In this document: piece by piece, positions 26,344 to 39,478 of the stretch
Position numbering within the stretch: the stretch's first letter is position 1
Layout: the number at the start of each line of letters is the position of its first letter
Assembly (NCBI RefSeq): GCF_008831285.2
Contig: NC_045138.2
Coordinates: 26,536,001-26,600,000 of the forward strand
Direction: 5' to 3'
Source: Nymphaea colorata
Taxonomy: Eukaryota
Length of the DNA stretch: 64,000 nt
The notes under the pieces: model-generated
What the model was told of the DNA's origin: nothing
The model's input: only the letters and a program-made list of their open reading frames with translations
Databases searched by the model: none
Position numbers and translations under genes: made by a program

Positions 26344-29300
26344 ACATTTTAAACTTGATGGTAGGGATGTTGCCTCAACAATATCCATATGCAGTTCCCA
26401 TGTCTCACGGAACAGATTCCCCTTCTGTAGTACGGGGTTCCTTGCGTCTTTGCTACCTTAGTTTTTTTATAGCGAATACTTTTGTCTCACACATAACCTC
26501 CTAAAACTGATCATTATGCCGATGCATCTAGTTGGCCATGCATCGGCTATGTCTTCAATTAATCATTTATTTCTAGTGCATTTGATTGACTTTTCGAACT
26601 TGATGGTAGGGGCGTTGCATCATCAAAATCCATTTGCAGTTCCCATGTCTCACGAGACTGCTTCCCCTCTTGTTGTACGGGGTTCATTGTATCTTTCATA
26701 CCTAGTTTTTTTCATAGTCAATACTTTTGTCTCACACATAACCTCCTAAAATTGACCATTATGCCGATGCATCTAGTTGGCCATGCATCGGCTATGTCTT
26801 CAGTCCGCCAATTATTTTAAGTGCATGTGATTGACATCATTAACTTGATGGCAGGGACGTTGCCTCGCCAATATCCACATGCAGTTCTCATGTCTCACGG
26901 GACTGCTTCCCCTCTTGTTGCACGAGGTTCAACGTATCTTTCCTACCATAGTTTTTTCATTGTAAATACTTTTGTCTCACACATAACATCCTAAAACTGA
27001 CCATTGTGCCAATGCATCGAGTTGGCCATGCATCGGCTATGTGCTCAGTCAGCCATTTATTTCATGTTCATTTTATTGACCGTTTAAACTTGATGATAGG
27101 GATGTTGCCTCATCAAGATCCATATGGAGTTCCCATGTCTCGCGGAACAGATTCACCTTTTGTAGTACGGGGTTCCTCGCGTGTTTCCTACCTTAGTTTT
27201 TTCATAATGAATACTTTTGTCTCACACATAACCTCCTAAAACTGACCATAATACCGATGCATCTAGATGATCATGCATCGGATATGTCTTCAATTAATCA
27301 TTTATTTCTAGTGCATTTGATTCACTTTTTGAACTTGATGGTAGGAGCGTTGCATCATCAAGATCCATTTGCAATTCTCATGTCTCACGAGACTGCTTCC
27401 GCTCTTGTTGTACGGGGTACATTGTATCTTTCCTACCTAGTTTTTTTCATAGTCAATACTTTTGTCTCACACATAACCTCCTAAAACTGACCATTACGCC
27501 GATGCATCTAGTTGGCAATACAACGGCTATGTCTTCAGTCCGCCAATTATTTTAAGTGCAAGTGATTGACATCATTAACTTGATGGCAGGGACGTTGCCT
27601 CGTCAATATCCATATGCATTTCCCATGTCTCACGGGACTGCTTCCCCTCTTGTTGCACGAAGTTCATCGTATCTTTCCTACCATAGTTTTTTCATAGTAA
27701 ATACTTTTCTCACACATAACCTCCTAAAACTGACCATTATACCGATGCATCTAGTTGGCCATGCATCGGCTATGTCTTTAATTAATCATTTATTGCTAGT
27801 GCATTTGATTGACATTTCGAACTTGATGGTAGGGGTGTTTCATCATCAAAATCCATTTGCAGTTCCCATGTCTCACGAGACTGCTTCCCCTCTTGTTGTA
27901 CGGGGTTCCTCGGGTGTTTCCTACCTTAGTTTTTTCATAATGAATAATTTTGTCTCACACATAACCTCCTAAAACTGACCATAATGCCGATGCATCTACA
28001 TGACCATGCATCGGATATGTCTTCAATTAATCATTTATTTCTAGTGCATTTGATTCACTTTTTGAACTTGATGGTAGGAGCGTTGCGTCATCAAGATCCA
28101 TTTGCAATTCCCATGTCTCACAAGACTGCTTCCCCTCTTGTTGTATGGGGTTCATCGCATCTTTTCTACCTAGTTTCTTCATAGTCAATACTTTTGTCTC
28201 ACACATAACCTCCTAAAACTGATCATTATGCCGATGCATCTAGTTGGCCATCCAACGGCTATGTCTTCAGTCCGCCAATTATTTTAAGTGCATGTGATTG
28301 ACATCATTAACTTGATGGCAGGGACGTTGCCTCGTCAATATCCATATGCAGTTCCCATGTCTCACAGGACTGCTTCCCCTCTTGTTGCACGAGGTTCATC
28401 GTATCTTTCCTACCATAGTTTTTTCATAGTAAATACTTTTCTCACACATAACCTCCTAAAACTGACCATACCGATGCATCTAGTTGGCCATACATCGGCT
28501 ATGTCTTCAATTAATCATTTATTTCTAGTGCATTTGATTGACTTTTCGAACTTGATGGTAGGGGTGTTGCATCATCAAAATCCATTTGCAATTCCCATGT
28601 CTCACAAGACTGCTTCCCCTCTTGTTGTACGGGGTTCATTGTATCTTTCCTACCTAGTTTTTTTCATAGTCAATACTTTTGTCACACACATAACCTCCTA
28701 AAATTGACGATTATGACGATGCATCTAGTTGGCCATGCATCGGCTATCTCTTCAGTCCGCCAATTATTTTAAGTGCATGTGATTGACATCATTAACTTGA
28801 TGGCAGGGACGCTGCCTCGCCAATATCCATATGCAGTTCCCATGTCTCAAGGGACTGCTTCCCCTCTTGTTGCACGAGGTTCATCGTATCTTTCCTACCA
28901 TAGTTTTTTCATAGTAAATACTTTTGTCTCACACATAACCTCCAAAAACTGACCATTAAGCCGATGTGTCGAGTTGTGGCCATGCATCGGCTATGTCCTC
29001 AGTCAGCAATTTTTTTCATGTTGATTTTATTGACATTTTAAGCTTGATGGTAGGGATGTTGCCTCATCAAGATCCATATGTAGTTCCCATGTATCACGGA
29101 ACAGATTCCCCTTTTGTAGTACGGGGTTTCTCGCGTCTTCTACTTGGTCATGCATCGGATATGTCTTCAATTAATCATTTATTTCTAGTGCATTTGATTC
29201 ACTTTTTGAACTTGATGGTAGGAGCATTGCATCATCAAGATCCATTTGCAATTCCCATGTCTCACGAGACAGCTTCCCCTCTTGTTGTACGGGGTTCATC

Positions 29301-31383
29301 GCGTCTTTTCTACCTAATTTTTTCATAGTCAATACTTTTGTCACACACATAATTTCCTAAAACTGACCATTATGCCGATGCATCTAGTTGGCCATGCATC
29401 GGCTATGTCTTCAGTCCGCCAATTATTTTAAGTGCATGTGATTGACAACATTAACTTGATGGCAGGGACGTTGCCTCGCCAATATCCATATGCAGTTCTC
29501 ATGTCTCATGGGACTGCTTCCCCGCTTGTTGTATAGGGCATCTTTCCTACCTTAGTTTTTTCATAGTGAATACTTTTGTCTCACATAACCCCCTAAAACT
29601 GACCATTATGCCGATGCATCTAGTTGGCCATGCATCGGCTATGTCTTCAATTAATCATTTATTTCTAGTGCATTTGATTGACTTTTTGAACTTGATGGTA
29701 GAGGCGTTGCATCATCAAAATCCATTTGCAGTTCCCATGTCTCACGAGACTGCTTCCCCTCTTGTTGTACGGGGTTCATTGTATCTTTCCTACCTAGTTT
29801 TTTTCATAGTCAATACTTTTGTCACACACATAACCTCCTAAAATTGACCATTATGCCGATGCATCTACTTGGTCATGCATCGGCTATGTCTTCAGTCCGC
29901 CAATTATTTTAAGTGCATGTGATTGACATCATTAACTTGATGACAGGGACATTGCCTCGTCAATAGCCATATGCAGTTCCCATTTCTCACGGGATTGCTT
30001 CCCCTCTTGGTGCACGAGGTTAATCGTATCTTTCCAACCATAGTTTTTTCATAGTAAATACTTTTGTCTCACACATAACCTCCTAAAACTAACCATTATG
30101 CCGATGCATCGAGTTGGCCATGCATCGGCTATGTCCTCAGTCAGCCATTTATTTCATGTGCATTTTATTGACATTTTAAACTTGATGGTAGGGATGTTGG
30201 CTTATCAACATCCAAATGCAGTTCCGATGTCTCGCGGAACAGATTCCCCTTTTGCAGTACGGGGTTTCCTCGCGTCTTTCCTACCTTAGTTTTTTCATAG
30301 TGAATACTTTTGTCTCACACATAACCTCCTAAAACTGACCATAATGCCGATGCATCTAGATGACCATGCATCGGCTATGTCTTCAATTAATCATTTATTT
30401 CTAGTGCATTTGATTCACTTTTTGAACTTGATTGTAGGAGCGTTGCATCATCAAGAACCATTTGCGATTCCCATGTCGTACGAGACTACTTCCCCTCTTG
30501 TTGTACGGGGTTCATCGCATCTTTTCTACCTAGTTTTTTCATAGTCAATACTTTTGTCACACACATAACCTCCTAAAACTGACCATTATGCCGATGCATC
30601 TAGTTGGCCATGCATCGGCTATGTCTTCAGTCCGCCAATTATTTTAAGTGCATGTGATTCACATCATTAACTTGATGGCAGGGACGTTGCCTCGCAAATA
30701 TCCACATGCAATTCCCATTTCTCTCGGGACTGCTTCCCCTCTTGTTGCACGAGGTTCATCGTATCTTTCCTACCATAGTTTTTTCATAGTGAATACTTTT
30801 CTCACACATAACCTCCTAAAACTGACCATTGTACCGATGCATCTAGTTGGCCATGCATCGGCTATGTCTTCAATTAATCATTTATTTCTAGTGCATTTGA
30901 TTGACTTTTCGAACTTGATCGTAGGGGTGTTGCATCATCAAAATCCATTTGCAGTTCCCATGTCTCACGAGACTGCTTCCCTTCTTGTTGTACGGGGTTC
31001 ATTGTATCTTTCCGACCTAGTTTTTTTCATAGTCAATACTTTTGTCACACACATAACCTCCTAAAATTGACCATTATGCCGATGCATCTAGTTGGCCATG
31101 CATCGGCTATGTCTTCAGTCCGCCAATTATTTTAAGTGCATGTGATTGACATCATTAACTTGATGGCAGGGACGTTGCCTCGCCAATATCCATATGCAGT
31201 TCCCATGTCTCACGGGACTGCTTCCCCTCTTGTTGCACGAGGTTCATCGTATCTTTCCTACCATAGTTTTTTCATAGTAAATACTTTTATCTCACACATA
31301 ACCTCCTAAAACTGACCATTATGTCGATGCATCGAGTTGGCCATGCATCGGCTATGTCCTCAGTCAGCCATTTATTTCATGTT

Positions 31384-31669
31384 TGTAGAAACACGAACCA
31401 CAAAGAGAGAGAGTGGAGAACGAACACACAATCTACGTGGAAAACCTCAGAAAGAGGTGAAAAACCACGGGGAGGCTCTGACCTAGGGGCACACCGCAAC
31501 CCTAGGAGAGAGAAAATTATATTTCACTTAATTCAACACTAAACACAAGTGACAATATAAAGAGGGAGAGAGGAGAAGCCGCCTAGGGTACCGAGCCCGC
31601 CTCGGTACCCGCGCCCCATAGAACCGGGTCCAGGAATGGATCCGGTTCCCACAGCAACATATTCTAACA
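31384..31669 (-). repeat. 3' LTR of copia element
   Basis: TGTAGAAACAC...ATTCTAACA, adjacent to the PPT. Confidence 0.98.
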
Positions 31670-34600
31670 CTCCCCCTCAAGCTTGGCATACATGTCAAAC
31701 ATGCCAAGCTTGCTAACATTCTTTTCGAATGAAGAAGTACAAAGCCCTTTAGTTAGGACGTCTGCAACTTGATCTTCAGACTTCATATATGGCAGAATCA
31801 GCTCCTTTGAGTCAATGCGTTCCCGGATAAAATGACGGTCAATCTCCACATGTTTGGTCCTGTCATGTAGAACTGGATTATTGGCAAGATTAATCGCAGA
31901 CTTGTTGTCACAGTACATCTTCATTTTATCTCCCAGTTCCACACCAATATCAGTCAAAAGAATCTTCAGCCACAGCATCTCTGTAACCCCCATTGCAACA
32001 GCCCTGTACTCAGCCTCAGCACTAGACCTCGAACATACTTCTTGCCTCTTACTTCTCCAAACAACTAGGTTACCTCCAAGAAAGATACAATACCCTGTAG
32101 TAGACCTCCTTGTGTCAGTGCAACCTGCCCAATCTGCATCTGAGTAGCCCTCAATAGTAAGTTTGTCTTGTCGAGTATACAACAGTCCTTTTCCTGGGTC
32201 ATTCTTTAGATATCCCAACACTCTTTCTGCACTCTTCCAGTGACAATCCGTGGGAGCATGCATAAATTGACTTAGCACATTTACCGCATACGTGATATCA
32301 GGGCGAGTTAGAGTAAGATAGATAAGCTTACCTACTAGCCTCTGATATCGCCCTTTTCCTTCCTCATCCAGAATAGTGCCCGTCTTGATACTTATCTTAG
32401 TTCCCGACTCTATAGGAGTAAGATAGGGCCTACAACCAAGTTTGCCTGTCTCCTTTAGTAAGTCAAGAGTGTACTTCCTTTGATTCATAACCAGCCCTGT
32501 CTCTGATCGAGCAATCTCTATCCCCAGAAAGTATCTCAGCTTACCCAGATCCTTGAGGTCGAATTCTTTAGCTAATCTCTCCTTCATCTTTCTGTTTTCT
32601 TCTTCGTCACTGCCAGTGACAATCATATCATCAACGTAGACAAGGAGAAGACTCACCAGACCACCTCTCTGCTTTATGAATAGGGTATGATCTCCATTTC
32701 CTTGCTTGTACCCAGTAGACTTCATAACGATCCTTAGTCTCTCAAACCAAGCTCTAGGCGACTGCTTCAAGCCATACAAAGCTTTCTTGAGGTGACAACA
32801 TTTTCCCTCTTGAACATACCCGGGAGGCATGCTCATATAGACTTCTTCCTCCAGATGGCCGTTCAAGAACGCATTTTTAACATCAAGCTGGTCCATGCGC
32901 CACTTCCTGTGCACAGCAAGAGCAAGAATAACCCTCACGGTCTTCAACTTTGCAACAGGGGCAAAGGTCTCAAGATAGTCGATCCCATACTTCTGGCTGA
33001 ACCCCTTTGCAACCAAACGAGCTTTATATCGATCTACAGTGCCATCAGGTTTGTACTTCACGTTGTAAACCCACTTAGAGCCAACTAAGTGTGTCCCTTT
33101 AGGGATATCAACAACTTCCCATGTTTTGTTCTTAGCTAACGCACCCATCTCCTCTGTCATAACATGTAACCACTTGGGATCATCCTTAGCATCATCCACC
33201 GACCTGGGAATAACAACTTTGGATAAGGTTGTGATAAAACATTTGTAATTTGTACTGAGCTTAGCATAAGAAACAAATCTCTGAATAGGGTGAGAAGTAC
33301 ATGACCTGGTGCCTTTGCGCACAGCAATGGGGAGCTCTTCATTCGATGGACTTGGGTCATCCGGGGAGATCACAGGATTGGGATTGGTTCTATCCTCATC
33401 ACCAACATCTTCCACTGTAGCTTTCTCCTTTCTGACATAAACCTGGCCAAACAAGTGATCCCGGGCAACAATGGGCTGAGCATCCACCGTGACCCCTTCC
33501 ATATGGCTGCCCTTCTCATTACTGACCGTGACCGTGTCAATCACACTGGGACTAACCTTGTAATCCAAAAACTCCATAAACTGAATTAGCTGATTAGAGG
33601 AATACTCTTCCCCTTTGTTCCCAAGACACTCCCCCTGAAGAGGATTCACCGAAAAATACGACTCATGTTCATGAAATGTGACATCCCTCGAAACATACAC
33701 TTTGGAAGTATTGGGATCCACACATTTATACCCCTTCTGAGTGGAAGAGTACCCCAAGAAAACTCCTTTAATAGACCGGGGATCAAGTTTTTTGAGAGTA
33801 GGGCTATGATTATGCACAAAACAACTGCACCCAAAGACACGAGGAGTAAGAGGCCACGGATTCTGAGTGGGCCACAGGGTAGAATAAGGAGACTGACCAT
33901 CCAACACCCTAGTAGGCATACGGTTAATGAGATGTGCACTAGTTAGAAGTGCATCACCCCAATACCGCTTCGGGACATGACGTTGGAACATAATGGCCCG
34001 GGTAACATTCAATAGATGACGATTTTTACGTTCAGCTATACCATTTTGAGGAGGGGTATAACTACAAGAGGTTTCATGAACAATACCCTTGCCTTTCAAG
34101 AATTCATCAAGGGATTGGGAGACATATTCCCTTGCATTATCCGTACGGAAAGCTTGAACAGTAGTATGGAATTGAGTCTCAACAAAGGCAACAAAGTTTT
34201 TCACAACTGCTGGAACCTCACTACGTTCTCGCAACAAGTACACGAACGTACATCTAGAGTAATCATCAATAAGCGTCAAAAAATAGTGACAACCACCACA
34301 CGTGGGTACTCCAGAAGGACCCCAAACATCGGAATGAACTAAGGCAAACGGATGAGTGGTTTTATTCAAAGAAATAGGGTACGAAGCCCTGACATGTTTA
34401 GCCAATTGACACACTTCACAAGCGAAGGAGTCAATTGAGACAGAAGCAAACAAATGGGGAAACAACTTCTTTATTAACTGGAAGGGTAGATGTCCAAGAC
34501 GCTCGTGCCATCGCAGAACAGTAGATCTATCGTTCACACCAGACAAGTGACCACTCGTGGCAGAAATCAATGCTGAAGCAACTTGTACCGGCAGCCTGTA

Positions 34601-35974
34601 GAGCCCATCAGTAACCGAACCAATCCCAATCTTCTTCCCCGTCACCAAGTCCTGCAGGGAACAATGATCAGCAGAGAAAATCAGATTACAGTTTAATTCT
34701 TTAGTAATACTGCTGACAGAGAGTAAGTTCACAGGAATATTTGGAACATGCAGGGCATTGTGGAGACGGTATTTGTTCAACAGGGACAAGCTCCCTTTCC
34801 CAGCCACAGAGATAGAAGACCCATCTGCCATAGACACGCGTTGCTTGCCAGAGGAAAGTTGATATTTTTGAAAGAGTTTAGAGTCCCCTGTCATGTGGTG
34901 AGTGGCTCCACTATCAACAATCCAATCACCAAGAGAAGGGTTACCTTGATCAGTCGAGGCAACGAGAGCTTGGGCTAGCTGAGCCCCTTCAGACGTGGAG
35001 GACTCCTCAGGGGTAGTAGATAGACGGCTGATGTACGCCTGTAGCTCCTTGAGTTGAGCAGGGGACAACTTGGACTTTGCACCACTAGAAGAATTGCTCT
35101 GACTGGAATCAGACACAGAAGGGCTACGCTTGCCAAAGGGAGGACGACCTCTGACCAGTCTCTTCTCGGGATGAAGATCCCAACAGAAATCCACCGAATG
35201 CCCCAACTTGTGGCAATGAGTGCAATGTCGGGCAGGACGCTGCCCAGTCCCTGAGGCACGGCTGACAAAGGCAGAAGGGCCATGACCGGTGTCAAGATGC
35301 ATCACCTGGCGACGTTGTTCTTCAGACTCAACACGAGCATATACTTCCTCTATCCCCGGAATCTCATCACCATTAAGAATCTGGCTACGAATAGACTCAA
35401 ATTCATCCCGTAGGCCTCCCAGAAACAGAAACGTACGGTCCATCCATTCCTTTTCCCAGTAGAGGGAATGATCTGAACCGCATGTCCACTCATCAGTCAC
35501 ATGATAATCTAACTCCTCCCACTTGGTCTTCAGGGCAGCATAGAAGGCAGCAACAGACAAATCACCCTGTGTCAGAGAGTAAATACTGTGTTTAATCTGA
35601 TAGGTGCGCAAATGTCTCTTCTTGCGACCATACATCTTTGCAAGCACAGTCCACATATCAAAAGAGGTCGGCTTCCGCAGAATGAGGGGCTGAATATCGG
35701 ATGACACGGAGCTGATAATCCACACCTTCACTTGGCTGTCCTCCAACGCCCACGTCGCCCATTGAGGATCAGATTTGATGGGCGCAGGTTTGTCGCCAGT
35801 GATGTAAGAGAGACGCCCACGGCTAGTAATCCCAATCTCGAGAGCGGTAGACCAAGATAGGTAATTGTCCTTGGTCAGACGGATGGAGGTGACCTGGATC
35901 GGCACGTTCTCAGTCTTGGAGGCGCTGCCCGTGTCAAGAACGGCATCTTTTTGAGTCCCCATCGCTTCTGCCAT
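31664..35974 (-). CDS. Copia Gag-Pol polyprotein (gag, zinc knuckle, protease, integrase, RT, RNase H)
   Basis: CTHCHKLGHSVDFC knuckle; WIVDSGATHHM protease; WHERLGH/CEVC, LVHSDVWG, FRTDNAREY, PPQNGIAERKNR integrase; YKARLVAKGF, QLDVKNAFLNG, LLVYVDDM RT; YSDADWAG, YCDNKSAI, RTKHVEID RNase H. Integrase precedes RT (copia order). First in-frame ATG at 35974 (MAEAMGTQ); stop lies just inside the 3' LTR. Confidence 0.97.
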   Translation of the reverse strand: MAEAMGTQKDAVLDTGSASKTENVPIQVTSIRLTKDNYLSWSTALEIGITSRGRLSYITGDKPAPIKSDPQWATWALEDSQVKVWIISSVSSDIQPLILRKPTSFDMWTVLAKMYGRKKRHLRTYQIKHSIYSLTQGDLSVAAFYAALKTKWEELDYHVTDEWTCGSDHSLYWEKEWMDRTFLFLGGLRDEFESIRSQILNGDEIPGIEEVYARVESEEQRRQVMHLDTGHGPSAFVSRASGTGQRPARHCTHCHKLGHSVDFCWDLHPEKRLVRGRPPFGKRSPSVSDSSQSNSSSGAKSKLSPAQLKELQAYISRLSTTPEESSTSEGAQLAQALVASTDQGNPSLGDWIVDSGATHHMTGDSKLFQKYQLSSGKQRVSMADGSSISVAGKGSLSLLNKYRLHNALHVPNIPVNLLSVSSITKELNCNLIFSADHCSLQDLVTGKKIGIGSVTDGLYRLPVQVASALISATSGHLSGVNDRSTVLRWHERLGHLPFQLIKKLFPHLFASVSIDSFACEVCQLAKHVRASYPISLNKTTHPFALVHSDVWGPSGVPTCGGCHYFLTLIDDYSRCTFVYLLRERSEVPAVVKNFVAFVETQFHTTVQAFRTDNAREYVSQSLDEFLKGKGIVHETSCSYTPPQNGIAERKNRHLLNVTRAIMFQRHVPKRYWGDALLTSAHLINRMPTRVLDGQSPYSTLWPTQNPWPLTPRVFGCSCFVHNHSPTLKKLDPRSIKGVFLGYSSTQKGYKCVDPNTSKVYVSRDVTFHEHESYFSVNPLQGECLGNKGEEYSSNQLIQFMEFLDYKVSPSVIDTVTVSNEKGSHMEGVTVDAQPIVARDHLFGQVYVRKEKATVEDVGDEDRTNPNPVISPDDPSPSNEELPIAVRKGTRSCTSHPIQRFVSYAKLSTNYKCFITTLSKVVIPRSVDDAKDDPKWLHVMTEEMGALAKNKTWEVVDIPKGTHLVGSKWVYNVKYKPDGTVDRYKARLVAKGFSQKYGIDYLETFAPVAKLKTVRVILALAVHRKWRMDQLDVKNAFLNGHLEEEVYMSMPPGYVQEGKCCHLKKALYGLKQSPRAWFERLRIVMKSTGYKQGNGDHTLFIKQRGGLVSLLLVYVDDMIVTGSDEEENRKMKERLAKEFDLKDLGKLRYFLGIEIARSETGLVMNQRKYTLDLLKETGKLGCRPYLTPIESGTKISIKTGTILDEEGKGRYQRLVGKLIYLTLTRPDITYAVNVLSQFMHAPTDCHWKSAERVLGYLKNDPGKGLLYTRQDKLTIEGYSDADWAGCTDTRRSTTGYCIFLGGNLVVWRSKRQEVCSRSSAEAEYRAVAMGVTEMLWLKILLTDIGVELGDKMKMYCDNKSAINLANNPVLHDRTKHVEIDRHFIRERIDSKELILPYMKSEDQVADVLTKGLCTSSFEKNVSKLGMFDMYAKLEGEC
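31670..31681 (-). promoter_or_regulatory. Polypurine tract of copia element
   Basis: Minus strand CTTGAGGGGGAG directly before the 3' LTR. Confidence 0.92.
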
Positions 35975-36139
35975 CACAAACAAGCACACAGCAACAAGAG
36001 GCACAACAGCGGGAATGAGGCAACGGCGACGGGAAGGAGGCAGCGGCGACGGCGGCGGGAATGAGGCAGCGCCAACGGGAAGCAGGCGACGGCGCAACAC
36101 AGAGGCCACCCACGGTGGCAGGAACAAAGAACGGGGCGA

Positions 36140-36330
36140 ACGGAGGACCGCGGAGGCGTAACAGAGGACGGCGGCGGCGGAACAGAGGACGGCGGCGGCA
36201 GAGCAGGGCGACGTCACAAGGGCAGCAGCGACGCCGGAACAGAGGACGGCGGCGGCGGCGGAACAAAGGACAGCGGCGGCAGAGCAGGGCGACGTCACAC
36301 GGGCAGCAGCGGCGCCGGAACTTCAACGGC
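36140..36330. repeat. GC-rich imperfect tandem repeats in the copia 5' leader
   Basis: GGCGGCGGCGGAACAGAGGACGGCGGCGGCAGAGCAGGGCGACGTCAC-type blocks repeated. Confidence 0.8.
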
Positions 36331-36387
36331 GTCGGGCGACGAAAAAACTTGACGATCCTCGGAAAAAACGCTTCTCCAACTCCGCTG

Positions 36388-36399
36388 GCTCTGATACCA
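36388..36399 (-). promoter_or_regulatory. Primer-binding site (tRNA-iMet)
   Basis: Minus strand TGGTATCAGAGC immediately after the 5' LTR. Confidence 0.96.
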
Positions 36400-36685
36400 T
36401 GTAGAAACACGAACCACAAAGAGAGAGAGTGGAGAACGAACACACAATCTATGTGGAAAACCTCAGAAAGAGGTGAAAAACCACGGGGAGGCTCTGACCT
36501 AGGGGCACACCGCAACCCTAGGAGAGAGAAAATTATATTTCACTTAATTCAACACTAAACACAAGTGACAATATAAAGAGGGAGAGAGGAGAAGCCGCCT
36601 AGGGTACCGAGCCCGCCTCGGTACCCGCGCCCCATAGAACCGGGTCCAGGAATGGATCCAGTTCCCACAGCAACATATTCTAACA
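36400..36685 (-). repeat. 5' LTR of copia element
   Basis: 286-bp copy of 31384-31669 adjacent to the PBS. Confidence 0.98.
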
Positions 36686-39478
36686 ATGTTCATTTTATTG
36701 ACCTTTCAAACTTGATGGTAGGGATGTTGCCTCATCAAGATCCATATGGAGTTCCCATGTCTCGCGGAACAGATTCCCCTTTTGTAGTACGGGGTTCCTC
36801 GCGTCTTTGCTACCTTAGTTTTTTCATAGTGAATACTTTTGTCTCACACATAACCTCCTAAAACTGATCATTATGCCGATGCATCTAGTTGGCCATGCAT
36901 CGAATATGTCTTCAATTAATCATTTATTTCTAGTGCATTTGACTGAATTTTCCAACTTGATGGTAGGGGCGTTGCATCATCAAAATCCATTTGCAGTTCC
37001 CATGTCTCACGAAACTGCTTCCCCTCTTGTTGTATGGGGTTCATTGTATCTTTCCTACCTAGCTTTTTTCATAGTCAATACTTTTGTCTCACACATAACC
37101 TCCTAAAATTGACCATTATGCCGATGCATCTAGTTGGCCATGCATCGGCTATGTCTTCAGTCCGCCAATTATTTTAAGTGCATGTGATTGACATCATTAA
37201 CTTGATGGCAGGGACGTTGCCTCGCCAATATCCACATGCAGTTCTCATGTCTCACGGGACTGCTTCCCCTCTTGTTGCACGAGGTTCATCGTATCTTTCC
37301 TACTATAGTTTTTTCATAGTAAATACTTTTGCCTCACACATAACCTCCTAAAACTGACCATTATGCCGATGCATCGAGTTGGCCATGCATCGGCTATGTC
37401 CTCAGTCAGCCATTTATTTCATGTTCATTTGATTGACCTTTTAAACTTGATGGTAGGGATGTTGCCTCATCAAGATCCCTATGGAGTTCCCATGTCTCAC
37501 GGAACACATTCCCCTTTTGTACTACGGGGTTCCTCGCGTCTTTTGTCAATACTTTTGTCACACACATAACCTCATAAAATTGACCATTATGCCGATGCAT
37601 CTACTTGGTCATGCATCGGCTATGTCTTCAGTCCGCCAATTATTTTAAGTGCATGTGATTGACATCATTAACTTGATGACAGGGACATTGCCTCGTCAAT
37701 ATCCATATGTAGTTCCCATGTCTCACAGGATTGCTTCCCCTCTTGGTGCACGAGGTTAATCGTATCTTTCCAACCATAGTTTTTTCATAGTAAATACTTT
37801 TGTCTCACACATAACCTCCTAAAACTAACCATTATGCCGATGCATCGAGTTGGCCATGCATCGGCTATGTCCTCAGTCAGCCATTTATTTCATGTGCATT
37901 TTATTGACATTTTAAACTTGATGGTAGGGATGTTGGCTTATCAAGATCCAAATGCAGTTCCGATGTCTCGCGGAATAGATTCTCCTTTTGCAGTACGGGG
38001 TTTCCTCGCGTCTTTCCTACCATAGTTTTTTCATAATGAATACTTTTGTCTCACACATAACCTCCTAAAACTGACCATAATGCCGATGCATCTATATGAC
38101 CATGCATCGGATATGTATTCAATTAATCATTTATTTCTAGTGCATTTGATTCACTTTTTGAACTAGATGGTAGGAGCGTTGCATCATCAAGATCCATTTG
38201 CAATTCCCATGTCTCACGAGACTGCTTCCCCTCTTGTTGTACGGGGTTCATCGCATCTTTTCTACCTTGTTATTTCATAGTCAATACTTTTGTCTCACAC
38301 ATAACCTCCTAAAACTGACCAAAACGCCGATGCATCTAGTTGGCAATACAACAGCTATGTCTTCAGTTAATCATTTATTTCTAGTGCATTTGATTGACTT
38401 TTCGAACTTGATGGTAGGGGTGTTGCATCATCAAAATCCATTTGCAGTTCCCATGTCTCACGAGACTGCTTCCCCTCTTGTTGTACGGGGTTCATTGTAT
38501 CTTTCCTACCTAGTTTTTTTCATAGTCAATACTTTTGTCACACACATAACCTCCTAAAATTGACCATTATGCCGATGCATCTAGTTGGCCATGCATCGGC
38601 TATGTCTTCAGTCCGCCAATTATTTTAAGTGCATGTGATTGACATCATTAACTTGATGGCAGGGACGTTGCCTCGCCAATATCCACATGCAGTACTCATG
38701 TCTCACGGGACTGCTTCCCCTCTTGTTGCACGAGGTTCATCATATCTTTCCTACTATAGTTTTTTCATAGTAAATACTTTTGCATCACACATAACCTCCT
38801 AAAACTGACCATTATGCCGATGCATCGAGTTGGCCATGCATCGGCTATGTCCTCAGTCAGCCATTTATTTCATGTTCATTTTATTGACCTTTTAAACTTG
38901 ATGGTAGGGATGTTGCCTCATCAAGATCCCTATGGAGTTCCCATGTCTCGCGGAACACATTCCCCTTTTGTACAACGGGGTTCCTCGCATCTTTTGTCAA
39001 TACTTTTGTTTTTTCTCACACATAACCTCCTAAAACTGACCATTGTACCGATGCATCTAGTTGGCCATGCATCGGCTATGTCTTCAATTAATCATTTATT
39101 TCTAGTGCATTTGATTGACTTTTCGAACTTGATCGTAGGGGTGTTGCATCATCAAAATCCATTTGCAGTTCCCATGTCTCACGAGACTGCTTCCCCTCTT
39201 GTTGTACGGGGTTCATTGTATCTTTAATACCTCGTTTTTTTCATAGTCAATACTTTTGTCACACACATAACCTCCTAAAATTGACCATTATGCCGATGCA
39301 TCTAGTTGGCCATGCATCGGCTATGTCTTCAGTACGCCAATTATTTTAAGTGCATGTGATTGACATCATTAACTTGATGGCAGGGACGTTGCCTCGTCAA
39401 TATCCATATGCAGTTCCCATGTCTCAAGGGATTGCTTCCCCTCTTGGTGCACGAGGTTCATCGTATCGTTCCTACCAT

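Larger units (their letters stand above)
31384..36685 (-). mobile_element. Full-length intact Ty1/copia LTR retrotransposon (5,302 bp)
   Basis: Two 286-bp TG...CA LTRs (31384-31669, 36400-36685) with 2 differences seen; 5-bp TSD ATGTT (31379-31383, 36686-36690); PBS, PPT and uninterrupted gag-pol. Confidence 0.99.

Noticed and set aside
31854..35295. Short antisense and alternate-frame ORFs within copia pol
   Set aside because: Shadows of the long ORF with no independent motifs.
35975..36558. N-terminal 108-aa extension of the polyprotein and the 193-aa and 165-aa overlapping ORFs
   Set aside because: They arise from the stop-poor GC-rich leader repeats and non-ATG or antisense starts; low-complexity products.
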